IMG/VR virus record: IMGVR_UViG_3300049491_001058
Strand: one strand, 5' to 3'
Source of the DNA: an uncultured virus (IMG/VR IMGVR_UViG_3300049491_001058)
Taxonomy: Duplodnaviria; Heunggongvirae; Uroviricota; Caudoviricetes
DNA: 20,000 nucleotides
The notes beneath the pieces are model-generated. The model did not search any database. It was not told where the DNA came from and saw only the letters and a list, made by a program, of their open reading frames with translations. Positions 9,498 through 17,401 of this stretch are shown here, one piece after another (the stretch's first letter is position 1; every line of letters starts with the position of its first letter). The position numbers and the translations under genes were made by a program.

Positions 9498-10856
9498 ATG
9501 GGCTCAGATATTTGTACAAGCATGGCAGGCAGACCAATCTCGGGAATTTCTATCACCCAGGATGATACTTGCGTTAGCTGGACGCACTTGGTTGGACTGC
9601 GTCTTCAGTACAATAGAATCTGGGATAAGCTAAATGACTGCGGAGTCAGTATCGTCAATGGGAAATACGGAGAGGGGTCTCACAGAGAGGAGATCAATCC
9701 ATTACCAACCATTGAGGGGTTTTTTCGTTTAACAGTAAATGCGACAGGAAACGTTAATGATGGCTATGTCTGCAGCGTAGCTTCCGACTCTGATGTTCAT
9801 TTTATTCTCACAGGAGGAACACTGTTAACGGAAAACAGAATTAATACGCCATCCTTGTGGAGCTACTTGGATAGCCAAGGGGCCAGAAAGCCCTTCGCTG
9901 CACAGCTTAAGGATGGTTGTAAAAACTGCTCTAAGTTTCATCCGACAACGCAATCTCCGGCTGATGAATCCATTTCATGTCTCGGAGACGAAACGACTCC
10001 TTATGCCGGGTTCATAAAAATGAACTTTGAGCAAGCCCTTACTGGGTGCGGAGATATTTGGGACTGGGGAGAAAATATAGAAGAACTCAAGGACCACGTA
10101 AATAACTTCGACTGCTACAAGACACTTGCTCCAGAAGATACAGACAAATGTACGGACACTGTCGTATCGTGCTGTGAGGATGTTTATGATATAGGCAGGT
10201 ATGAGACCGTTGGAACAAACTCCCTTGGATTCGAGGTTGTTGCGTTAAAATATGTAGACATCTACGTCTCGGACATTGGAGACCCAAAGCTCGAGGGGTA
10301 TTTAGCTCCATTAATTTATAGCAGCGAGCCAACCCAGATCAGGGATCGTGTAGAAGCGGTCATAAATAATTTTTCTCTTCTCGGCGACTATCTATGTGAT
10401 TCGTGTGGGCCAGTTCTTGATATAGAGGGCTGCGGCCCCGGAAAAGGATTTAAATGCGAGGTGCCATTTACTTTTTCAGGTATTCAGGAGTCTACTGTAG
10501 TAGCTGGAGTATCGTGCTCACAATGCGATGAGGCATTTTCTGGACATATATGTGCTTGTCCGTGGGTTGAGCTCGCAGCGGTAATGGATTTTATTCTAAA
10601 TTACGGGTGCGTGATTGGATGCAGTCTTGAAGATTGCACCTGCCCGACAACAGTCATTGTTGGGTGTATGAATGTGGAGGCCTGCAACTATGACCCATCA
10701 GCTACAGAAAACGACGAAGAGTTGTGCCAATTCTGCTTAGAAGAGGAGTGTATAGACGGAGAGTGTATAGACGCTCCAATCTACGGGTGTATGGATCCCG
10801 GCGCGATCAATTTTAATCCATCAGCAACAATAGATGATGGATCATGCATTTATTGA
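9498..10856 (+). CDS. Acidic cysteine-rich protein (452 aa, 32 Cys) ending in two GC-x-[DN]-x2-A-x-N-[YF]-x-PSAT-x-[DN]-D repeats; candidate fibre tip/adhesin
   Basis: Repeats GCMNVEACNYDPSATENDEELC and GCMDPGAINFNPSATIDDGSC; several CxxC/CxC pairs; lies directly after the collagen trio. Confidence 0.7.
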   Translation: MGSDICTSMAGRPISGISITQDDTCVSWTHLVGLRLQYNRIWDKLNDCGVSIVNGKYGEGSHREEINPLPTIEGFFRLTVNATGNVNDGYVCSVASDSDVHFILTGGTLLTENRINTPSLWSYLDSQGARKPFAAQLKDGCKNCSKFHPTTQSPADESISCLGDETTPYAGFIKMNFEQALTGCGDIWDWGENIEELKDHVNNFDCYKTLAPEDTDKCTDTVVSCCEDVYDIGRYETVGTNSLGFEVVALKYVDIYVSDIGDPKLEGYLAPLIYSSEPTQIRDRVEAVINNFSLLGDYLCDSCGPVLDIEGCGPGKGFKCEVPFTFSGIQESTVVAGVSCSQCDEAFSGHICACPWVELAAVMDFILNYGCVIGCSLEDCTCPTTVIVGCMNVEACNYDPSATENDEELCQFCLEEECIDGECIDAPIYGCMDPGAINFNPSATIDDGSCIY

Positions 10857-10859
10857 TTT

Positions 10860-11435
10860 ATGTATCTCGCACACAATCAGCTAAAGGTAATAGGGTTTGC
10901 TGTTTTGTTGGCAATGGCTAACAAGAAAGAGGCTCGGGCTATACTTGTGGAAAAGTTTCCAGAGCTGGACTGGCTCAATGACGAAGCTCAGCTAAACGCA
11001 TCAAATCGGAAGATCAGAATCTTGTCGGCATTTCGCTCAAAAGGTGACGAAATCGCTGAGTTTTTGCACGAAAACAACAGGACCAGTCCTGTGGTCAGTA
11101 AAATAATAACAGCTTACTGGGAAGAAGTTACAAAGCAAAAGGTCATAGACCTACCCAAAAGAGAGGATGATCCAAAAATAGAAGCTTCAGTGGCGGAGAT
11201 GGGAGCTTCTCTGGTTGGAGCGATGCTTGGTGTGGCAAAAGACATGGTTCAAGGAAGGCCGGTAACAGTGGAGCCGGAGGAACTGGATAGGCGGATGGCT
11301 ATTTGCGCAGGCACAGACATCGAGCCTAAGTGTGAGTTTTTTGCTAGGGAGTCTGGACGGTGCTCAAAGTGTGGATGTTTTGCGAAATTCAAAAACCGCC
11401 TGAATACATCATCTTGCCCTATTGGTCGTTGGTGA
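10860..11435 (+). CDS. Protein with a C-terminal DUF6171-like Cys-rich domain (191 aa)
   Basis: RRMAIC-x8-CEFF...RCSKCGCFAKFK...SSCPIGRW matches the R..IC..C...C..CGC...K......CP..KW pattern I recall for DUF6171; needs HMM confirmation. Confidence 0.7.
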   Translation: MYLAHNQLKVIGFAVLLAMANKKEARAILVEKFPELDWLNDEAQLNASNRKIRILSAFRSKGDEIAEFLHENNRTSPVVSKIITAYWEEVTKQKVIDLPKREDDPKIEASVAEMGASLVGAMLGVAKDMVQGRPVTVEPEELDRRMAICAGTDIEPKCEFFARESGRCSKCGCFAKFKNRLNTSSCPIGRW

Positions 11436-11449
11436 TACCTTTTTGCGAT

Positions 11450-13357
11450 ATGAAGCATTTTGTCCTATTTATCCTTCTTTTTGCAGCAACAAAGACTTGG
11501 TCTCAAAGCCCGAACGCCCAAAGCTCATCGGCGAAACTTGTTGCCTCGGATTTACAAGCTAGAGCAGAGAAAGGGATAGCAAACGGATACGCCCCACTAG
11601 GGGACGGCGCTATTGTCCCCCCAGCAAACCTGCTTCCTGGATTTTCTGGAGCAAGCGACAACACAATTTGGGTAAAGTCAGGGGCGGCCCTCGCTCCACT
11701 GGGAGGGATTACGGCTTCTAGTGGAAATATCACAGCCAACAGTGTGTTCATTGGGCTTTTGGCCTCAGGAATCCCTGGAATTAAAGTAGACTCCGACTCA
11801 TATCCACTGTTTTTGCGTGGAGGTAGCGGCAATAAAGTGATGGTTGATTATGGACAGTCGATTGGCGGAGCAAATTCCCTGAGAAGCGAGTATCTGTGGA
11901 GCATTTCGAACGCGGGAGCTTTTGTTTTTGCCGGAGGGAGCTTTACTGGGGACATTGACTTCAATTCATCTGCGATATCAGAGGTTGGGACCATTGCCGG
12001 AACCGCCTTATCTATCAATATGGCGACCCCAACGATCACTTCATCGTCTGGAAATATAACAATGGCAGTGCCATCGCTCGCTGGCGTTATTGTCCCCTCG
12101 ACAGCGTCGGCCGTGAATGCCACTTTTGCCCTTAACCCTACATCGGCGAATGCTCTTTATGGAAGAAAGGCCTCAACTAACACCTGGGACTCAGTCCAAA
12201 CGTTCTCTGTCGCGCCTGTTGTCCCCGACAGTTCTTTTACTGTAGCAAAAACAACGTCTCTCCAGACCTATTTAGATGGTGCTCTAAAAAAGGATGGGTC
12301 GAACGCCATGTCGGCCAATCTAAATATGACAACCTCTGGCACAAAATACAGGGTTGTCGGAATGGCTGATCCATCAAGCTCTGCAGACGCTGTCACAAAA
12401 GGATACCTTGAGGCTCATTATGTTATGAATCCTGTATCTCAGGTCACGGCAACGACTCCTGTTGTGACTAGCGCTTCGACTGGATCAATAGTTTTGTCTA
12501 TGCCGGCGGCTACTGGATCTGTCGCCGGGTATCTTTCGGCAGCGGACTGGACAACCTTTAATGGCAAACAGGCGGCCCTCACCGCAACCGCACCGCTTTT
12601 AATCTCTGGGTCAGTCATTTCAATGCCAGTGGCTGGGGCTGCACAAAACGGGTACCTGTCCGCTGCCGACTACAACCGATTCGTATGGGCTTCTCCGCCG
12701 AACAGTTCGCCGTGGCTTGATAATGAAATAATGGTCGGTGATACTGCCGAAGGCACAGCTATTAAAAAGATACTGGTTGCTGGGAGCAACGTGGCACTGG
12801 CCAATACTTCGCCATCGGTAACTCTATCTGTCGCCCCAAAACAAAGCCTACTTGTTTCTGTTGCCCCAAAGTCTTCCTTCCTTTTGAATTCGATCATAGC
12901 GCAAGGCCTTGAAACTAATGCCCAAAGCGGGGCTCCTGGATCTATTTATAGTTACGCTATCCCGGCAGACACATTAGCTGTTGGAGATACCGTCACAGTA
13001 AGAGTGACTGGATCTTTCGTCACGACAAGCACGGGGACAATGACGATGTCGGCCACAATAGCTTCAACAGTTATTCCATCAGCAACAGTCACGGCTCTAG
13101 CTGGATCAGCAGAGACTCCCTATATTTTCGAGCTATTTTTTACCGTGAGGAGCTCGACCTCCGTTTCGTGCGTGACGAGACTTACTTCCTGCGGTACCAC
13201 TGTTGTTTCTGCCTCGGTAGACGTGACAGCTCCAACCCTAATTTCATCAGGCCTTGATTTTACTGGAACAACAACCGTGAATATCAAGGCTTACCATGGG
13301 GCCTCGAACGCCTCGAACCATGTGTATGCCGAAACAGGAACAACCAGATTGAACTGA
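11450..13357 (+). CDS. Tail-fibre-like protein (635 aa) with an apparent Sec signal peptide
   Basis: ATG at 11450 follows the upstream stop, whereas the ORF-track start at 11360 overlaps it by 76 nt. N-terminus MKHFVLFILLFAATKTWSQ. Fibre motifs KGIANGYAPL...VPPANL, MADPSSSADAVTKGYL and two GYLSAAD[WY]..F repeats; Ser/Thr/Ala/Gly-rich. Confidence 0.75.
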   Translation: MKHFVLFILLFAATKTWSQSPNAQSSSAKLVASDLQARAEKGIANGYAPLGDGAIVPPANLLPGFSGASDNTIWVKSGAALAPLGGITASSGNITANSVFIGLLASGIPGIKVDSDSYPLFLRGGSGNKVMVDYGQSIGGANSLRSEYLWSISNAGAFVFAGGSFTGDIDFNSSAISEVGTIAGTALSINMATPTITSSSGNITMAVPSLAGVIVPSTASAVNATFALNPTSANALYGRKASTNTWDSVQTFSVAPVVPDSSFTVAKTTSLQTYLDGALKKDGSNAMSANLNMTTSGTKYRVVGMADPSSSADAVTKGYLEAHYVMNPVSQVTATTPVVTSASTGSIVLSMPAATGSVAGYLSAADWTTFNGKQAALTATAPLLISGSVISMPVAGAAQNGYLSAADYNRFVWASPPNSSPWLDNEIMVGDTAEGTAIKKILVAGSNVALANTSPSVTLSVAPKQSLLVSVAPKSSFLLNSIIAQGLETNAQSGAPGSIYSYAIPADTLAVGDTVTVRVTGSFVTTSTGTMTMSATIASTVIPSATVTALAGSAETPYIFELFFTVRSSTSVSCVTRLTSCGTTVVSASVDVTAPTLISSGLDFTGTTTVNIKAYHGASNASNHVYAETGTTRLN

Positions 13358-13358
13358 C

Positions 13359-14081
13359 ATGAGCCAAACCATCATCACCGTTTCGAAAAACGAGAGCGCC
13401 TCCTTGCAAAGTAATGGTGGTGGTAAGTCTGGCTACCGGGTCGATCTTGCTGTTGTTGACGCAATAGGTATCACCCCGAAGATATTTGTGATGCAGCGGG
13501 AAGTTGTGTCGTCCGGAGATAGTGGTGATTACGAGGATCAATTTTATTCAGTGTCTTCTGTTTCACAGCTTGAATCAATCGGTGAGACCCCGTCACTGGA
13601 AACGCCATTCTACCGAACCGATTCAATAAGTTTGATGTTTCAATCAGTAGAGGATGAAAAACTTTACACTGACCAGATCCTTTTATTTATCAACAAGCTT
13701 CGCCTAGCAAACGACTTGGCTAACACAATGACCGGGGAGCAAATAGTAGGTTTCCCTCCGGAAGCGTTGCCTCGTTTTTGGGGATTCTCTCTTGAGACAA
13801 CAATAACAGATGAGATCCTTTTGGCTGGAGCCTCAGATCTTGTCTATTCAAAAGCTCTGACCAAAACGCTGTCGATCACTGGTGCTGCAAAATACGGATA
13901 CCTTGCAATTCGAGAATCATTGGGAGAGATCGACTCCTTAACCATTGGTTCTGTTGAAAAAACAACTCAGGTGACAACTAGAGATGTCGAAGTTTTGGAT
14001 GGACTATCTGTTTCGTATCGAATATACAGGACAGATAACACAACTGCGGCAGCAACATCTATCCTCTTTGAAGCAGAATGA
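13359..14081 (+). CDS. Hypothetical virion-associated protein (240 aa, probably two domains)
   Basis: Starts 1 nt after the upstream stop. The C-terminal YGYLAI..SLG...YRIYRT.N pattern is common in phage structural beta-sandwich domains. Confidence 0.6.
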   Translation: MSQTIITVSKNESASLQSNGGGKSGYRVDLAVVDAIGITPKIFVMQREVVSSGDSGDYEDQFYSVSSVSQLESIGETPSLETPFYRTDSISLMFQSVEDEKLYTDQILLFINKLRLANDLANTMTGEQIVGFPPEALPRFWGFSLETTITDEILLAGASDLVYSKALTKTLSITGAAKYGYLAIRESLGEIDSLTIGSVEKTTQVTTRDVEVLDGLSVSYRIYRTDNTTAAATSILFEAE

Positions 14082-14383
14082 TCATTACGGCTCAAAAAGC
14101 TCTAAACATAGTGAGCAACCACGCTGTGGTGAAAAAGGTCCCCGAGCTGTTGTCGGCAGTGGAGCTGTTTGCTGAGGCCGATCGCGCCTATCGCCCCAAG
14201 AAGGGGTGCGGTGACTGTAAAAAAGCTGACTTCTTCTCTCCTGTCGAAAACAAGGCACTGGAGGCTATTGCAAACCTTTCTCCGGATGCTATTTTAAGAT
14301 TGAAGGCTTTTCTTGGAGTTAAAGATCTATACTTAAATCCAATAGTCCCAGGCAAACAAGCAACCCTCAGAGAGCTCAAATAA
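14078..14383 (+). CDS. Small basic hypothetical protein with CxxC (101 aa)
   Basis: ATGA overlap; KKGCGDCKK motif. Confidence 0.65.
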   Translation: MIITAQKALNIVSNHAVVKKVPELLSAVELFAEADRAYRPKKGCGDCKKADFFSPVENKALEAIANLSPDAILRLKAFLGVKDLYLNPIVPGKQATLRELK

Positions 14384-14384
14384 A

Positions 14385-14783
14385 ATGGCAACATCTTCCC
14401 GACCAATAGGCCTTCGCTCAACACCAGAGCTAGCCATCCCTCAATACGCAAACTGGACGACAGAGCTTCGAACGGTTTCAGCAAATGATGCCTCTCCTGC
14501 CGATGTTAATGATGATGAATGCATTGCCTTGGACAAAGTTGGAGTCCGTGACGGATCCAGGTTTTCAAACAACACGATCGCTCTTTTGGTTAAAGTCATA
14601 ACTGGACCCGCGACTATCTCTCTTTATGCAAGGGAAGGTGTTGATCACTTTCTGGTAGCAGACCCAATTACCTTGACGACCAGCCAGATGGTTGTGTTTG
14701 GAAACCTGCCTCCTTTGATTTATGTTCCCGTTGTCACATCCTTGACGGGAAGTGTAATTATCTCTGGAGGTGGAACCCTGTAG
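14385..14783 (+). CDS. Hypothetical protein (132 aa), beta-rich
   Basis: Tiles the operon with a 1-nt gap; no recognisable family. Confidence 0.6.
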   Translation: MATSSRPIGLRSTPELAIPQYANWTTELRTVSANDASPADVNDDECIALDKVGVRDGSRFSNNTIALLVKVITGPATISLYAREGVDHFLVADPITLTTSQMVVFGNLPPLIYVPVVTSLTGSVIISGGGTL

Positions 14784-14786
14784 TTC

Positions 14787-15002
14787 ATGATTCTGCCTCT
14801 CCTCTTCTCGACAGCTTTTGGATGCACACTCAATAACAGACTGAGTGATGCGTTTGAAAGTCCGTTTGCGGAAGGTGGCGGCGGCGAACCCTCTCCGGTT
14901 GGCGGACCATTCAATCCGGGAACAAACCTATCTTCCGGCGAATCTAGCGGAGTGCTGGATTACTCAAAAACAGTTGATTACTCAACATACGTGGTTTTTT
15001 AA
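14787..15002 (+). CDS. Small hypothetical protein (71 aa)
   Basis: Fills the gap with 3-nt spacers on both sides; Gly/Pro linker; ends LDYSKTVDYSTYVVF. Confidence 0.55.
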   Translation: MILPLLFSTAFGCTLNNRLSDAFESPFAEGGGGEPSPVGGPFNPGTNLSSGESSGVLDYSKTVDYSTYVVF

Positions 15003-15005
15003 TTT

Positions 15006-16703
15006 ATGGCTCTTACTCAAATAAGTGACGGAATGTCGGTCGAGGCGATGGCGAACGCAATCAATGCAGGCCTTTCCGGGATTGACTCAAACACAGCAAG
15101 TCTCGCGACCAAAGCTCCGCTAGAAAGCCCCACGTTTACTGGAACTGTCGCAGGTATAACCAAGGCGATGGTCGGATTAGGCGACGCGGATAACACGGCA
15201 GACATGGACAAGCCGTTAAGCGATCCTCAAGCGGTGGCGATCGGCGCAGCATTAGCTGCCAGGGAGCCCCTGCAAGTCAGTGTCACTCAGCCTGAAGCAG
15301 AAGCTGGGACAGAAACAAACATACGCAGATGGAGCCCCTTGCGCGTGTGGCAAGCCATCTCGGCTAAAATTGCAGCTATGTTCTGCTCACAAGCTGAGGC
15401 TGAGGAAGGCACTAACACGAGTAAACTGCTGAACCCTTACCGAGCAGCTCAAGCAATCACAGCTAAAATCAGCTCTCTACTCGCTAGTGAGCTGGAAGCG
15501 CAGACAGGCGTTGACACGGGAAAATTAATGACACCTTACCGCACAGCCCAAGCCATAGCTGTGTTGGGCGGTAGCGGCGGTGGCGGAGGCTCAACCCTGG
15601 TCCGAGGAATAGGCACCCTACAAGGATTCACGTATGGCGAGACCCCTGGAGTTGTTGAGATCGTAGAGGTTACTATTGTGGACGACGTGGGAGCCAGTTC
15701 TCATGGCAAAGACTTCCGTTTGAGGACCACCGGAAATGAGGAAGTGGCGGTAGTAATGAACTGCGGAGCTGCCATTGAGGTGATGGAGGTATCCTTCTCT
15801 GGCATGACGGGAGCTAACTTCATAACCAACGGGGAGGGGGTCTATATACGTCACTCTTGGCTAGGGCTAGACAATATACGTGTCGTGTGGTTTAACACAG
15901 GCACCGAGTCTGCGCCCACGGGCGTATCAGCGACAGCTGGCTTCTTCGTGGAGGTGGTTATCGACCCGTCTGCCTCAGCGGAGGACATCACCGCTGCTTT
16001 CGCCGCTACTGGCTCGGGCTCCATCACATCCTCGGGGGTTATAGCGACGGCTAACGACGGCCAATCAGGGGTAAGGTCTGAAGCTCCTAGCAGCACGCAC
16101 GAGCTGATAGTTATTACCAGGACCACAGTGGGACGCGCTGAAGCTGGCGCTGTGCCCGGTATCACTAGTATCATTGTGCCAGTTACGCCTGCCGACTCTG
16201 CGGCTATTATCGCATCCACCATTGCCAGCGCTTGTAACGGACATGGGTGGAGCACTAATTATGGATCATCATCTGTTACCTTTACGTCTGATTCCGTTGG
16301 CGCTAGGTCCGCACCAAGCTCAGGCACCTCCGGTTACTCGGTAACAGTTTTCCAGTATGGTGTAGACTTTACGCCCGCAGGCGGTGATGTTTCGGAGGTG
16401 ACTCTGATACCGACGCAGGCAGGTAAACGTATCAAATGTATCCGAGCATGGTCAATAGGTGGAGACTCGGGCTTTTCTATGAGCTACGAGCTAGCGCTAA
16501 AAGCTGGGGACGCTTACTATACGCTGGGAACGTTTAACTCTAGCGCCAGCTATGCTGTGGTGGAGTTTCAACCTGCATCCACCGATTCGCTAGCACTATG
16601 GTTCGCCGGTAACGCTATAAACGATTCGCTGGTGGCACGGATCACCGGTTCGACGCCAAGCGGAGGTGCCGTGACGATAGGCGCGATTACTGAGCAGCTT
16701 TAG
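15006..16703 (+). CDS. Tail fibre protein (565 aa)
   Basis: KAPLESPTFTGTVAGITKAMVGLGDADNTADMDKPLS is a common fibre motif. Three ~33-aa EA..G.....[ST]P.R..QAI repeats, a GGSGGGGGS linker, then a C-terminal beta-rich region. Confidence 0.85.
   Translation: MALTQISDGMSVEAMANAINAGLSGIDSNTASLATKAPLESPTFTGTVAGITKAMVGLGDADNTADMDKPLSDPQAVAIGAALAAREPLQVSVTQPEAEAGTETNIRRWSPLRVWQAISAKIAAMFCSQAEAEEGTNTSKLLNPYRAAQAITAKISSLLASELEAQTGVDTGKLMTPYRTAQAIAVLGGSGGGGGSTLVRGIGTLQGFTYGETPGVVEIVEVTIVDDVGASSHGKDFRLRTTGNEEVAVVMNCGAAIEVMEVSFSGMTGANFITNGEGVYIRHSWLGLDNIRVVWFNTGTESAPTGVSATAGFFVEVVIDPSASAEDITAAFAATGSGSITSSGVIATANDGQSGVRSEAPSSTHELIVITRTTVGRAEAGAVPGITSIIVPVTPADSAAIIASTIASACNGHGWSTNYGSSSVTFTSDSVGARSAPSSGTSGYSVTVFQYGVDFTPAGGDVSEVTLIPTQAGKRIKCIRAWSIGGDSGFSMSYELALKAGDAYYTLGTFNSSASYAVVEFQPASTDSLALWFAGNAINDSLVARITGSTPSGGAVTIGAITEQL
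15282..15560 (+). repeat. Three ~33-34-aa tail-fibre repeats
   Basis: TQPEAEAGTETNIRRWSPLRVWQAISAKI / SQAEAEEGTNTSKLLNPYRAAQAITAKI / SELEAQTGVDTGKLMTPYRTAQAIA. Confidence 0.85.
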
Positions 16704-16744
16704 TTGCGACATCAATATTTGTTTAACTTCTCCAGGATATTATC

Positions 16745-17146
16745 ATGATATTCATTGGTCCATACGAAAACCCTGCAGTTCTTGCTGTTCCTGGAAATAT
16801 CGCCCCAGAAACTCCGATAGTTAACAGACTATCCTGGGGAGAAAAAATTGTATTTCAAATTCCTGACCCAGAGTCCGATTGCTTAATTAAGCTTTTGATT
16901 AAGGCTGATATCGCCCTGGCGGAAGCACTCATAGAGGTTGAGTTTGAAAGGATTGAAGATGGAGACGTTGAGCTTTCCGTTTCATCAACAGAGTCCATTA
17001 AATACCTCTATCCCGGAATCTTCTTTTTTCAGGTCGTTTATGTTACCGCTGGCGAGAATGAAGAGCTCTCTTACGCAATGGGGAACCAAGGCGTTTTTGA
17101 ATTGATCGAGACAGCTGGAAGTAGTGTAATACCTAGGCCAGATTAG
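16745..17146 (+). CDS. Acidic hypothetical protein (133 aa), possibly a BppU-N-like Ig-type adaptor
   Basis: GDVELSVSSTES..LYPGIFFFQV......QGVFEL resembles the strand pattern of phage adaptor domains; last gene of the structural run. Confidence 0.5.
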   Translation: MIFIGPYENPAVLAVPGNIAPETPIVNRLSWGEKIVFQIPDPESDCLIKLLIKADIALAEALIEVEFERIEDGDVELSVSSTESIKYLYPGIFFFQVVYVTAGENEELSYAMGNQGVFELIETAGSSVIPRPD

Positions 17147-17147
17147 C

Positions 17148-17183
17148 TTGCCTCTTTTGATAGTTCTTAGGCCATAATACTAT
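17148..17183 (+). promoter_or_regulatory. Possible promoter for the right-hand transcription unit
   Basis: -10-like CATAAT (17173-17178) and TACTAT (17178-17183), with TTGCCT (17148) or TTGATA (17157) upstream. Spacings are 19 and 15 nt, both non-canonical. The structured region begins immediately downstream. Confidence 0.3.
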
Positions 17184-17185
17184 GT

Positions 17186-17316
17186 AGAGGACTCTTATCC
17201 TCTCAAAGATCTCCCCAGCAATGGGGTCGCCGAAAGGCATTGGAGACATTGGCATTTATGTCAGTGGGGCCGGTCAGTGTGTTCGAACATGCTGATCGGC
17301 CTTCTCATTTTGAGAG
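17186..17316 (+). ncRNA. Candidate structured RNA / 5' leader (multi-branch), family not recognised
   Basis: Closing stem CTCTCAAAG(17200-08)/TTTTGAGAG(17308-16) encloses CCCCA-GCAA-TGGGG, GCC-GAAA-GGC, CATTGGCA-TTTA-TGTCAGTG and a 15-bp stem at 17268-17301. Confidence 0.55.
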
Positions 17317-17401
17317 ACCATGCTCAAGGACTTGATGCGGTTCTATCCGTCGCATCCCGTATTACGTCAGTTTAGAAGCTGGCAAAGGGGTAGCCAATAA
17401 A

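Noticed and set aside
11360..11449. Upstream start for the fibre gene given by the ORF track
   Set aside because: Overlaps the previous gene by 76 nt; ATG at 11450 gives a clean gap and a signal-peptide-like N-terminus.
14787..14830. Lipoprotein signal (MILPLLFSTAFGC)
   Set aside because: No basic n-region, short h-region and a non-canonical lipobox.
17213..17246. GTCGCCGAA resembling glycine or lysine riboswitch cores
   Set aside because: The other conserved elements and spacings are missing, and the downstream gene is unrelated.
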